Below are positions 24,125 through 33,455 of a DNA stretch of 64,000 bases, in pieces (position 1 is the stretch's first letter; each line of letters starts with the position of its first letter). The notes under the pieces are model-generated. The model searched no databases, had not been told where the DNA came from, and saw only the letters and a program-made list of their open reading frames with translations. This DNA is from an uncultured delta proteobacterium. Lineage in GTDB: Bacteria > Desulfobacterota > RBG-13-43-22. Both the position numbers and the translations under genes were made by a program. The stretch spans positions 20,134 through 84,133 of the forward strand of contig CAVQFQ010000019.1 of the NCBI GenBank assembly GCA_963711835.1, read 5' to 3'.

Positions 24125-24425
24125 CGTTCAAAAGTTGTGGCATTATATTTCTGATACCCGATGGAAAGGGACCGGGGGTCTTGATTTCAAGGATTGTCCG
24201 CCAAAACGCTGGCAACCCTGAACCCGGGCAGGAAGTTTGTAAGTGGGTTTAAAAACAGGCCTACACCAAAGCGATTTATCGGCTTAGGTGAATGCCCGGC
24301 TCTTAACCAACTTAGAAATTCGGGCCGGGTTGGGGCTACGGATTACCTTTGCGGACAATCCTTGAAATCAAGACCCCCGGTCCCTAAGTCAGACGATAAT
24401 ACGCCAGTGCCATAACTTTTGAACG
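24125..24425 (+). repeat. Structured dispersed element, family 1, copy B (inner element 24167-24385)
   Basis: Perfect 35-bp IR 24167-24201/24351-24385; outer IR CGTTCAAAAGTTGTGGCA/TGCCATAACTTTTGAACG; all core motifs present. Confidence 0.93.
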
Positions 24426-24489
24426 TTATTAATCCGTTAAGGAAGTGGTACTTAGCCAGACCTTTTAACGGCCTTTCCTGATTTATGAT

Positions 24490-26157
24490 ATGGAGCTTCG
24501 AGCCTTAAAAGATCTTATGGATGTCTTGCCCCACCAGGTCGGGGTTTATCTGATGAAGGATCAGCACGACCGGATTCTTTATGTCGGAAAGGCCAAAGAC
24601 CTGAAAAAAAGGGTCCTTTCCTATCTGAAGGCGGAACGTCCCAAGGTCTCTTCTCTTTTGGAACGGGTGGAAAAACTGGATTTTCTTCTCACCGCGAATG
24701 AAAAAGAGGCCCTGATCCTTGAGAGTAATCTCATCAAAAAGCATCTCCCCCGCTACAATGTTGTCCTGAGAGACGACAAACAATATCCCTCCCTGCGGGT
24801 GAGTCTGGATGAGGCCTTCCCCAGGCTGCAGATGGTCCGCCGGATCAAGAAGGACAAGGCCTTTTATTTCGGTCCGTTTTCTTCAGCCCGGAAAATGAAG
24901 GAAACCACGACCTACCTTCAAAAAATATTTCCTCTCCGGTTATGCCGTCAAAAAGAAATTCCCCAACGTTCCCGGCCCTGCCTCTACTACCAGACCGGTA
25001 AATGCCCGGCTCCCTGTCATGGGAAAATCCAACCCGAGGAATACCGCCGGCGGGTCAAAGAAATCATCTGGTTTTTTGAAGGCCGGAATCAAGAACTGTT
25101 AAAAAACCTCAAGAGGCAAATGAAAGAGGCTTCGGCGGAATGGGCCTTTGAAAAGGCGGCCCTTTTGCGGGACCGTATCCGGGCTATCTCCGAAACCTTA
25201 AAGGAGCAGAAGATCGTTTCCCCCCGATTTATTGATGTGGACGTCATCGCCCTCTTCCAGGAAGGGGAGTCGATCCGGGCCGGCATACTATTCGTCCGAC
25301 TGGGTTCGGTGACGGGTTTAAGCCGTTTCCGGTTTAAAGACTTGAACCTTTCTCCTTCCGAGGTGCTGACCGGGCTGATTCAACAATACTATCGGGGAGG
25401 GAAATATATTCCGCCGCGGATTCTGATGCCCTTTCCGATTGAAGATCGATCCCTCCTGGAGGAGGTCCTTTCGGATCTGAAAGGGCAGAAGGTCACCTTA
25501 ATGGTCCCGGTTCGGGGGGAGGGACGGCGCTGGATGGCCATGGCCGAGGAAAATATTCGCTTGGTCCAGGAGAATAAGGAACCCTCCCAGGACTATGTCG
25601 AGAAGGTAGCCAAGCCCTTGCAAAGCCGATTGGGCTTAAAACGCCTTCCCTATTCCGTTGGGGCCTTGGATATCTCCAATATTCAAGGAGAGTCGGCAGT
25701 CGGATCGTGGGTGGTCTTTAAACAGGGCCACTCGGACAAATCCGGTTACCGTCGCTTCAGGATTCGGTCTGGCGACCAACCCAATGATTATGCTATGATG
25801 GAAGAAGTGATCGCACGGTTGTTCCGGAGGGAAGCTCCTTGGCCGGACTTGGTGCTGATAGACGGAGGCAAGGGACAACTCAATATTTTGACTACATTCA
25901 TCGGCCGGTTGCCTGAGGATCAGAGACCCGATGCGCTGGCCCTGGCCAAAAAAACCTTTTTACCCGAGGGCGGCAAGGACGGCATTTACCTCCCGAATCG
26001 GAAAAATCCACTGCGCCTGTCTTCCGATTCTCCCCTGCTGCATTATCTGGAAAAGGTCCGAGATGAGGCCCATCGATTTGCCCTGAGTTACCATCATAAA
26101 CTCCGGGAAAAAAGGCTTCGGCCTGAAAAACAAAAGGCCTCGCCTCGGGTCGACTGA
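24490..26157 (+). CDS. uvrC: Excinuclease ABC subunit C (no C-terminal HhH pair visible)
   Basis: GIY-YIG 'GVYLM..LYVGKAKDL.KRV', 'DISN', 'PDLVLIDGGKGQL', 'RDEAHRFA'. Confidence 0.93.
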   Translation: MELRALKDLMDVLPHQVGVYLMKDQHDRILYVGKAKDLKKRVLSYLKAERPKVSSLLERVEKLDFLLTANEKEALILESNLIKKHLPRYNVVLRDDKQYPSLRVSLDEAFPRLQMVRRIKKDKAFYFGPFSSARKMKETTTYLQKIFPLRLCRQKEIPQRSRPCLYYQTGKCPAPCHGKIQPEEYRRRVKEIIWFFEGRNQELLKNLKRQMKEASAEWAFEKAALLRDRIRAISETLKEQKIVSPRFIDVDVIALFQEGESIRAGILFVRLGSVTGLSRFRFKDLNLSPSEVLTGLIQQYYRGGKYIPPRILMPFPIEDRSLLEEVLSDLKGQKVTLMVPVRGEGRRWMAMAEENIRLVQENKEPSQDYVEKVAKPLQSRLGLKRLPYSVGALDISNIQGESAVGSWVVFKQGHSDKSGYRRFRIRSGDQPNDYAMMEEVIARLFRREAPWPDLVLIDGGKGQLNILTTFIGRLPEDQRPDALALAKKTFLPEGGKDGIYLPNRKNPLRLSSDSPLLHYLEKVRDEAHRFALSYHHKLREKRLRPEKQKASPRVD

Positions 26158-26303
26158 TCCTATTTTGAATGTTGACAGCCCTCAAATTTATCACTAAGAT
26201 TAAATAATTAAGCGCGTCCGGAAAAGATGTTTTTGGATAGTTGCTGTCAGCGCCCCGCTTTCAGCCCTACCCCTGGTCGCGGGCAGTTATTTGGAGGCTT
26301 TTC

Positions 26304-26633
26304 ATGTTTGGTATCGGTATGCCGGAATTCTTGTTGATTCTGGTGGTAGCCCTGGTGGTCCTGGGGCCAAAAAAATTGCCTGAACTGGCTCGTTCCATAG
26401 GCCGGGGACTGGCTGAATTCAAAAAGTCAGCCGAAGGTCTAAAGCAAAATTTCAATCTTGATGAAGACTTAAAGGATGTCCAAAAGGATCTAAAAGATGT
26501 GGTGGATCCCCAATCCTACCTGGGGCTTTCCGACCCCACGCCTGCCCCATCCGAAGCAAGCGAGCCGGAGACCGACACGGCTTCCCCCTCCGACAAACCC
26601 GATCTCTCTTCTCTGAAAACCTCTGATGTCTGA
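26304..26633 (+). CDS. tatB: Twin-arginine translocase TatB (TatA/B family)
   Basis: MFGIGMPE..LVVLGPKKLPE; RBS GGAGG; directly upstream of tatC. Confidence 0.85.
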   Translation: MFGIGMPEFLLILVVALVVLGPKKLPELARSIGRGLAEFKKSAEGLKQNFNLDEDLKDVQKDLKDVVDPQSYLGLSDPTPAPSEASEPETDTASPSDKPDLSSLKTSDV

Positions 26634-27375
26634 AGTAAAGATGCCCTTTACCGCTCACCTGGCGGAACTCAGGAAGCGGTTGATCATTTCTTTTACGGCT
26701 GTGGGCATAGGCTTTGCCCTGGCCTACGGTTTTTCCGCGCAACTTTTTGAGTGGCTGGTAAGCCCCCTGATCGGGGTCCTGCCTCCCGGGGACAAACTGG
26801 TTTTTACGGCCCTGCCGGAAGCCTTTTTCATTTACCTCAAAGTAAGCCTGATCGCCGGCATTGTCTTGGCTTCTCCTGTTATTTTCCATCAACTCTGGAT
26901 GTTCATCGCCCCGGGTTTATATCATAAGGAGAAGCGTTTTGTCCTGCCTTTTGTCATTATCTCCTCTCTCCTTTTTATCGGAGGGGCCTTGTTCGGTTAT
27001 TACGTGGTTTTTCCGGTGGGCTTCCGCTTCCTGGTCGGGTTTTCAACGGAAAATATCCGGGCCTTGCCTTCTTTACAGATGTATCTGTCCTTTTGCCTGA
27101 AATTACTGTTGGGTTTCGGGTTGGTTTTTGAATTCCCGGTCTTGGCTTACTTTTTGGGACGGATCGGCATTCTCAATTCCACAATGATGGCCAAAAACCG
27201 CCGGATCGCCATCCTGCTTATTTTTATCATAGCGGCGGTCGTCACTCCGCCCGATGTGGTTTCCCAGATTCTTCTGGCCATTCCCCTTTATTTATTGTAC
27301 GAAGTGAGCATCCTGATCGTTAAATTTACCGGCAAGAAAAAAAAGGAAGAAGAAACGGAGGATGAAAAAACCTAA
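26626..27375 (+). CDS. tatC: Twin-arginine translocase TatC
   Basis: 'HLAELRKRL', 'W.FIAPGLY..E', 'FGLVFEFP', 'TPPD..SQ'. Confidence 0.96.
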   Translation: MSEVKMPFTAHLAELRKRLIISFTAVGIGFALAYGFSAQLFEWLVSPLIGVLPPGDKLVFTALPEAFFIYLKVSLIAGIVLASPVIFHQLWMFIAPGLYHKEKRFVLPFVIISSLLFIGGALFGYYVVFPVGFRFLVGFSTENIRALPSLQMYLSFCLKLLLGFGLVFEFPVLAYFLGRIGILNSTMMAKNRRIAILLIFIIAAVVTPPDVVSQILLAIPLYLLYEVSILIVKFTGKKKKEEETEDEKT

Positions 27376-27429
27376 TTCCGGCTTCACCCTTTTTTAAGGC
27401 AAGGCGGCAACCTGATCCTGAAGACCTTT

Positions 27430-27686
27430 ACCTCGATGTTGCAAAAGTTTCGGAAGTTGCAGATCCGAGGCGTCCAGGGCGAAGCTGTATATGCATACCG
27501 CGAGCCCTGGACAACAAAGGAGATGCGGCTTCCCAGACTTTCCCGAAGGGTAAAAATTGATCGATACTTTTTAGGCTGCTAAACCTCACCTGGGGTGAAT
27601 TTTAGTCTCAACTCTAAAATCGTTAGAACGCACTGTTTAATTGATGAAAAACCCTTTATCGATCAATTTTTATGCAACTTCGAGGT
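27430..27686. mobile_element. MITE-like element (family 2), ~257 bp
   Basis: 17-bp TIRs ACCTCGATGTTGCAAAA / TTATGCAACTTCGAGGT; ends recur at 4099-4148 and 29561-29579. Confidence 0.7.
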
Positions 27687-27705
27687 TTATTAAGGAGAGA
27701 CAGCC

Positions 27706-28161
27706 ATGGCTAAATCCAATTTACGTGCGGTCCTGTTTTCCTTGGTGCTCGCAGTGGTCATTTTTAACCCGGTACCGGTATCGGGGGCGGACTGGAAGTT
27801 TTGTACGGAAAATGCTTTTTTAAAGGTCTATTATGACGGCGAAAGCCTCGCTCGTTTTCCCGAGGATTTCGTAAAAATATGGGTCAAATACGGAGCCAAA
27901 GGGAAGAAGGGGATTGATTTCTGGATCCACCTTCGGAAGCTGGATAAGCTTCCCACCGAGGGGTATAAACATTTTGCCTACCATGTGGCCTTGTATGAAA
28001 TCAGTTGCCAGGGAAAGGAGTATCAGCGCATCTCCGGTATTGATTACGACCGGGAGAAGCGCATGTTGAATTCCTTCCCTCCCTCGCCCTGGGAACCGAT
28101 TTTCCCCGAATCCATGCTGGAGGCCTTGTATAAAAGCGCCTGCCTTAACTTAAAAAAGTAA
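27706..28161 (+). CDS. Secreted hypothetical protein (surface-adhesin E-like)
   Basis: Signal peptide ending VSG-ADW; 'VKIWVK', 'YEISC', 'W.PI.P.S..E.LY...C'. Confidence 0.6.
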   Translation: MAKSNLRAVLFSLVLAVVIFNPVPVSGADWKFCTENAFLKVYYDGESLARFPEDFVKIWVKYGAKGKKGIDFWIHLRKLDKLPTEGYKHFAYHVALYEISCQGKEYQRISGIDYDREKRMLNSFPPSPWEPIFPESMLEALYKSACLNLKK

Positions 28162-28819
28162 AGGCCTGCCCATCGAAATGCCCGAAAATGGCCGGGGGTT
28201 TTATGGCCCTTACGGTCCCTGAGGGGATGCCGGGCAGGTAAAGGTTTTTTTGAATTTCCTCTCCCCAGGCCCGGTAGCCGGCGCTATTTAAGTGCAGCCC
28301 GTCAGAAGTGAAAGAAGCGTTTAATTGATTATGGGATGACAGACGCTTGTTTAAATCAAGAAAAGGAAGTTTCTGCTCTCGGGCATAACGACGCAGTTTA
28401 TGGTTCAAATTTGCGACGGTTTCGTTCCTCTGATCATCACCGGCCAGGAAAAGAGTGGATTGGATGACCGGTTTGATCCGGTGGGCGAGGAGCCCCTGGA
28501 TGATACGCCGGTAGTTTGAAAAGACCGCCGCCGCCTCCCGACCTTTCAACATATCGTTAATCCCGATCATGACCAAAGCCATTTGAGGCTTGAGCCGATA
28601 TATTTCCTCCATCCTTTCCAGGACATCATTAGTGGTGTCACCGGCCCTTCCTTTATTGGCCACGTCCTTGCGATTGAGCAGGATCGGCCAATCCCCCCAG
28701 GCCGTTAGGGAATCCCCGATCATAACGAGAGTCGTATTTTCGGAATCCGCTTTTCCGCAGGCCAAAAAAAGGAAGAAAAAAAGAAGCGTGAAGGCGGTTC
28801 GGTTTTTTGCTAAGCTCAT
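28145..28819 (-). CDS. SGNH/GDSL-family hydrolase, probable lipoprotein
   Basis: Lipobox LFLAC; GDSLT, G.ND and DGLH blocks. Confidence 0.9.
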   Translation of the reverse strand: MSLAKNRTAFTLLFFFLFLACGKADSENTTLVMIGDSLTAWGDWPILLNRKDVANKGRAGDTTNDVLERMEEIYRLKPQMALVMIGINDMLKGREAAAVFSNYRRIIQGLLAHRIKPVIQSTLFLAGDDQRNETVANLNHKLRRYAREQKLPFLDLNKRLSSHNQLNASFTSDGLHLNSAGYRAWGEEIQKNLYLPGIPSGTVRAIKPPAIFGHFDGQAFTFLS

Positions 28820-28946
28820 CTTCCCATAAACCTTGTCATCAGGTAAAATAATTTGGATTGAACCCCAATAGTAGCCAAAGGTTTTTTTGAAAGAAACCTT
28901 TTTCTTTGTTGAGTATTAAAGTCGGATGAAAGGGAAGGGAAAAGAT

Positions 28947-29561
28947 ATGGGAAAGATGATTGAAGATCCGGAAGGGTATTTCAGACAATTTATTCCCTCT
29001 CGTGACGAAATTCTCCTGACCCTGGAAGAGGAAGCGGAGAGAGAGAAGATACCCATCATCGGGCCGGTTATGGGGCAACTCCTGACTATCTTAGTGCGGG
29101 CGGTCAAGGCTCGAAAGGTTCTGGAATTGGGCACGGCCATCGGATACTCGGCGATTTACCTGGCCCGCGGCTTTGGTTCCTTTGAAGGCCGATTGATTTC
29201 GTTGGAAAAGGATCCCGATCTGGCCGAGAGGGCCCGTTGCAACCTTAAAAAGGCCGGGATTGAAAAAGGAGTCGAGATCAGGGTAGGGGAGGCCCTCCGA
29301 CTTATGGCGTCCCTGGAAGATGACTTTGATTTTATTTTTATGGACATCGACAAAGAGGGCTATCTAAGCCTCCTGCCGGAGTGCCGCCGTTTGCTCCGGG
29401 CCGGCGGCCTTCTGGTGACGGACAATGTGGCTTTTACGGCCTCCCAAGAATTTAATCAGGAAATCTTTTGTCAGAGTCAGTGGCAGACCCTGCATCTGCT
29501 GTCGTTTCTGCCCGGCCATTCCCCGGAACGGGATGGCTGGTCTCTGGCCCTGCGCCTCTAA
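28947..29561 (+). CDS. SAM-dependent O-methyltransferase (YrrM/caffeoyl-CoA type)
   Basis: 'VLELGTAIGYSA', 'FDFIFMDIDK', 'GGLLVTDNV'. Confidence 0.9.
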   Translation: MGKMIEDPEGYFRQFIPSRDEILLTLEEEAEREKIPIIGPVMGQLLTILVRAVKARKVLELGTAIGYSAIYLARGFGSFEGRLISLEKDPDLAERARCNLKKAGIEKGVEIRVGEALRLMASLEDDFDFIFMDIDKEGYLSLLPECRRLLRAGGLLVTDNVAFTASQEFNQEIFCQSQWQTLHLLSFLPGHSPERDGWSLALRL

Positions 29562-29597
29562 CCTCGAAGTTGCATAAAACCGGTAAAAGGTTTGAAT

Positions 29598-29631
29598 AAA
29601 AAACCCCGGCCCTTTTGAAGGACCGGGGTTT
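29598..29631. terminator. Intrinsic terminator between the converging O-methyltransferase and dnaK
   Basis: AAAAAACCCCGG..CCGGGGTTT hairpin. Confidence 0.75.
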
Positions 29632-29651
29632 GAAAGGTCAGGGTTGGGTTG

Positions 29652-31565
29652 TTATTTTACTTCTTCAAAATCCGCATCCACTACGTCGTCGTCGGGTTTG
29701 CGGCCGCCGGAGGGGCCGGCCCCTTCCTGAGTACCGGCACCGGGACCGCCCGCCTGCTGGGATGCCTGGGAATATATTTTTTCCGCCAGCTTGTGGGAGG
29801 TGCCGGTCAGTTCCTCGGTGAGCCGTTTGATCTCATCGGCGTCGTTTCCCTCCATGGCCTTCTTTAGACGTTCGACCGCCGAATCGATATCGGACTTAAG
29901 GGTGCCCTCAACCTTGTCGCCCAGGTCCTTTACCGTCTTTTCCGTAGTATAGATTAGGGTGTCGGCATGGTTGCGGGCCTCGGCCAGTTCCTTCTTCTTC
30001 CGATCTTCCTCGGCATGCATTTCAGCGTCTTTGACCAGCCGCTTGATCTCCTCCTCATTCAGCCCGCTGGAAGCGGTGATCTTGATGGACTGTTCCTTCC
30101 CGGTCCCCAGGTCCTTGGCCGAGACGTGAACAATGCCGTTGGCATCGATATCAAAGGTGACCTCGATCTGAGGCATGCCCCGGGGGGCGGGAGGAATGCC
30201 CGTCAGTTCAAAACGTCCCAGGGTTTTGTTGTCGCCGGCCATCTCCCGTTCTCCCTGAAGCACATGGATCGAAACGGCCGGCTGGTTATCGCCTGCCGTG
30301 GAAAAGGTCTGGCTTTTTCGCGTCGGGATAGTGGTGTTTTTCTCAATCAATTTGGTGAAAACTCCGCCCAGGGTTTCGATTCCAAGAGACAGAGGGGTCA
30401 CATCCAGCAGCAGGACATCTTTGACCTCCCCCTTCAAAACCCCGGCTTGAATGGCCGCGCCGATGGCCACCACCTCATCCGGGTTGACTCCTTTATGGGG
30501 TTCCTTGCCGAAAAGATCCCGAACCTTTTGCTGGACCTTGGGCATACGGGTCATGCCGCCCACCAAGATGACTTCATTGATCTGATCGGGAACCAACCCG
30601 GAGTCTTTTAAGGCGGTCCGACAGGGACCTTCAACCTTGTTGATCAACTCCTCCACCAACATTTCCAGCTTGGCCCGGGTCAGCTTGATATTCAAATGTT
30701 TGGGGCCGCTGGCATCGGCGGTGATGAAGGGCAGGTTGATGTCCGTTTCCATGGAGGTGGAAAGTTCCATCTTGGCCTTTTCGGCAGCCTCCTTCAGACG
30801 CTGGAGGGCCATCTTGTCGTTCCTCAAATCAATCCCCTGATCCTTGCGGAATTCAGCGGCTAAATATTCGATGACCCTCAGATCGAAATCTTCTCCTCCC
30901 AGGTGGGTGTCCCCATTGGTCGATTTGACTTCAAAGACGCCCTCCCCAATCTCAAGGATGGAGATATCGAAGGTACCGCCGCCCAAGTCAAAGACGGCTA
31001 TCTTTTCGTCCTTCTTTTTGTCCAGGCCGTAAGCCAGGGCAGCGGCCGTAGGTTCATTGATAATCCGCAGGACGTTCAATCCGGAAACCCGGCCGGCATC
31101 TTTGGTGGCCTGGCGCTGGCTGTCGTTAAAATAGGCCGGTACGGTAACCACCGCGTCGGTCACTTTTTCCCCCAGATACTCTTCGGCGGTCTGTTTCATC
31201 TTAGTCAAGACCATGGCCGATATCTCCGCCGGGCTGTATTCCTTGCCCCGGATTTCTATATGGGCATCCCCGTTAGGGGCTTTGACTATCTTATAAGGTA
31301 AAATTTTTATGTCATCCTGGACTTCACGGGAATCAAATTTCCTCCCGATCAGTCTTTTGACGGCATATACCGTGTGGGTCGGGTTGGTGATAGCCTGCCG
31401 TTTGGCCACCTGGCCGACCAACCGTTCATTGTTTTCGGTAACGGATACCACGGAAGGGGTGGTACGGCTTCCTTCCACGTTGGCGATTACTTTTGGGTCT
31501 CCTCCCTCCATGATGGCTACACAGGAGTTGGTAGTACCCAGGTCAATTCCAATGATCTTACTCAT
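29652..31565 (-). CDS. dnaK: Chaperone DnaK
   Basis: [25 protein letters not shown]; C-terminal DADFEEVK. Confidence 0.98.
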   Translation of the reverse strand: MSKIIGIDLGTTNSCVAIMEGGDPKVIANVEGSRTTPSVVSVTENNERLVGQVAKRQAITNPTHTVYAVKRLIGRKFDSREVQDDIKILPYKIVKAPNGDAHIEIRGKEYSPAEISAMVLTKMKQTAEEYLGEKVTDAVVTVPAYFNDSQRQATKDAGRVSGLNVLRIINEPTAAALAYGLDKKKDEKIAVFDLGGGTFDISILEIGEGVFEVKSTNGDTHLGGEDFDLRVIEYLAAEFRKDQGIDLRNDKMALQRLKEAAEKAKMELSTSMETDINLPFITADASGPKHLNIKLTRAKLEMLVEELINKVEGPCRTALKDSGLVPDQINEVILVGGMTRMPKVQQKVRDLFGKEPHKGVNPDEVVAIGAAIQAGVLKGEVKDVLLLDVTPLSLGIETLGGVFTKLIEKNTTIPTRKSQTFSTAGDNQPAVSIHVLQGEREMAGDNKTLGRFELTGIPPAPRGMPQIEVTFDIDANGIVHVSAKDLGTGKEQSIKITASSGLNEEEIKRLVKDAEMHAEEDRKKKELAEARNHADTLIYTTEKTVKDLGDKVEGTLKSDIDSAVERLKKAMEGNDADEIKRLTEELTGTSHKLAEKIYSQASQQAGGPGAGTQEGAGPSGGRKPDDDVVDADFEEVK

Positions 31566-31611
31566 TTTCTCCTCCTTTATCTATTCAGCAAATGGTAGTC
31601 GAAGCCGGGGC

Positions 31612-32199
31612 TTAAGCCGTTCCGGCTTCGGATTCTTCTTCAGCAGTTAACTCGGGACTTTTGGAAACCACGACCATGGCCGGCCGCACCAGACGGTTGT
31701 GCAACTGGTAACCCCTCTGGATTTGCGTCAGAACCAGGCCGGGCGGCTGATCGGCATCCTGTTGAACCATAACGGCTTCATGCAGATTGGGATCAAATTC
31801 AGCGCCCTGGGCCTCAATCGGTTTGACTCCGAATTTTTCCAGGACGCTCAGAAACCCTTTATAAGTCAATTCGACTCCTTCCAGCAGGGTTTTGATATCT
31901 TCCGTTTCGCGTCCGTGATCGATGGCCCGATCCAGGTTGTCCAAAACCGGGATCAAGTCTTTTACTAAACTTTCATTGGCAAATTTGCCGGTCTCAATTT
32001 TTTCCTTTTCGGCCCTCTTCTTGAAATTTTCGAATTCGGCCGAGACCCTCAGGTATTTATCATAATTTTCCCCGGCTTCTTTAACTTTTTCCTGAAGCCG
32101 GGCTTCCGAGTCTTCTTCTTTGGCTTTATTGGGATGGTCTTCCTTCGGCCTGACTTCCTCAGGCTGGTCCGAATCATCCCTGATCTTAATTTTGTTCAA
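31612..32199 (-). CDS. grpE: Nucleotide exchange factor GrpE
   Basis: 'AEFENFKKR', 'FDPNLHEAV', 'GY.L..RLVRPAMV.V'. Confidence 0.95.
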   Translation of the reverse strand: MNKIKIRDDSDQPEEVRPKEDHPNKAKEEDSEARLQEKVKEAGENYDKYLRVSAEFENFKKRAEKEKIETGKFANESLVKDLIPVLDNLDRAIDHGRETEDIKTLLEGVELTYKGFLSVLEKFGVKPIEAQGAEFDPNLHEAVMVQQDADQPPGLVLTQIQRGYQLHNRLVRPAMVVVSKSPELTAEEESEAGTA

Positions 32200-32250
32200 C
32201 CTTTTCTCCTTTGCTGGCCCGGATCCCGGCGCTGCCCGTTGGCTGCAAGG

Positions 32251-33288
32251 TTAAATCTTTTTTTCCAGGATCTGGCTGACCAGCTTAGCCGTATAATCCA
32301 CGATCGGGATGACCCGGTCGTAGTTCATTCGGGTGGGCCCGATGACGCCCAGGGTTCCGATGGGATAATTTTCTTTGGTATAAGAGGCCGTAATCACACT
32401 GCAGCCCCCCATTTCACTGATCTGGGTCTCGGATCCGATAAAGATCTGAATCCCGATGGCACGGATACTTTTTTCCAGCAGCCGGACCAGGATGCTTTTT
32501 TCTTCAAAGGCCTTGAAGAGATCTCTCAAGGTTTCCATCCGGCTGAATTCCGGGTATTGCATCAGGTTGGTCTGGCCTTCGATATAGACCTCGCCCTCGA
32601 CCTCATCTCCCAGGGCCTGGTTGGATATTTTTAAGGCCTTGGAAAGCAAGGTGTCGAACTGGATCTTGTCCTTTTTCATTTCTTCCAGGATTTTTAGTTT
32701 GACTTGATCCAGAGTCAGGTTGCTGAGCAGTTCATTCAGGTATTGGGTCAAATGGTCCAACTCGTTCTGAGAAAGACTTTCCTCGATCTCGATCAGTTTA
32801 TTTTGCACCAATCCGGCCTGGGTAACCAGGACGACCAGGAGCAGGGCATCCCGTAACATGATAAATTCGATATGCTTAAAAATGGTCGCGGAAGATTTCG
32901 GTTTGGAAACCACGGCCGCCTGTTCGGTAATGACCGCCAGCATCTTCGAGGTGGTTTTCAGCAACTCGTCAACCTCCTGACCGCTGTCCTTCAGGTAGCC
33001 TTGGATCCTCCTCTTTTCAACCTCGGCCAGGGGGCGGAGTTCCAGGATTGAGTTTACATAGAAACGCAATCCGGTCTCAGTCGGGACCCTTCCGGCCGAG
33101 ATGTGGGGCTGGCTGATCAGACCCATATCCTCCAGGTCGGCCATGATGTTTCGAATGGTGGCCGGGCTGAGACGCAAATGGCTCTTTTTGGAAACGGACC
33201 GCGACCCCACCGGTTCGGCGGTTTCTATGTAATCTTGAATGATGGCGTCCAGTATGGACCGCCCTCTTTCATTCAGTACGATGGCCAT
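32251..33288 (-). CDS. hrcA: Heat-inducible transcription repressor HrcA
   Basis: 'EPVGSR', 'SPATIRN.MADLE', 'SAGRVPT', 'GVIGPTRM.Y'. Confidence 0.96.
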   Translation of the reverse strand: MAIVLNERGRSILDAIIQDYIETAEPVGSRSVSKKSHLRLSPATIRNIMADLEDMGLISQPHISAGRVPTETGLRFYVNSILELRPLAEVEKRRIQGYLKDSGQEVDELLKTTSKMLAVITEQAAVVSKPKSSATIFKHIEFIMLRDALLLVVLVTQAGLVQNKLIEIEESLSQNELDHLTQYLNELLSNLTLDQVKLKILEEMKKDKIQFDTLLSKALKISNQALGDEVEGEVYIEGQTNLMQYPEFSRMETLRDLFKAFEEKSILVRLLEKSIRAIGIQIFIGSETQISEMGGCSVITASYTKENYPIGTLGVIGPTRMNYDRVIPIVDYTAKLVSQILEKKI

Positions 33289-33332
33289 ATTAAATCACGT
33301 GTCCTTGGCGTTTCTGCCAAAAAGTTATGCTA

Positions 33333-33361
33333 AATCTAATTATAATAGGCATCTTTGTCAA
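33333..33361 (-). promoter_or_regulatory. Sigma70-type promoter of hrcA-grpE-dnaK
   Basis: TTGACA-17 nt-TAGATT on the minus strand. Confidence 0.65.
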
Positions 33362-33455
33362 GCCTTAAGGCCTTTATTCCGGCCTGCTCAAAAGAAGGCT
33401 GGTAAAAAAGGAACTCCATGGTATAATTGAAAAAAATCAAAGGGGAGTCTTGCCC

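Noticed and set aside
24194-24415. Short ORFs overlapping family-1 elements (also 44884-45096 and 4009-4263)
   Set aside because: Reading frame and strand are not conserved between copies; treated as chance ORFs.
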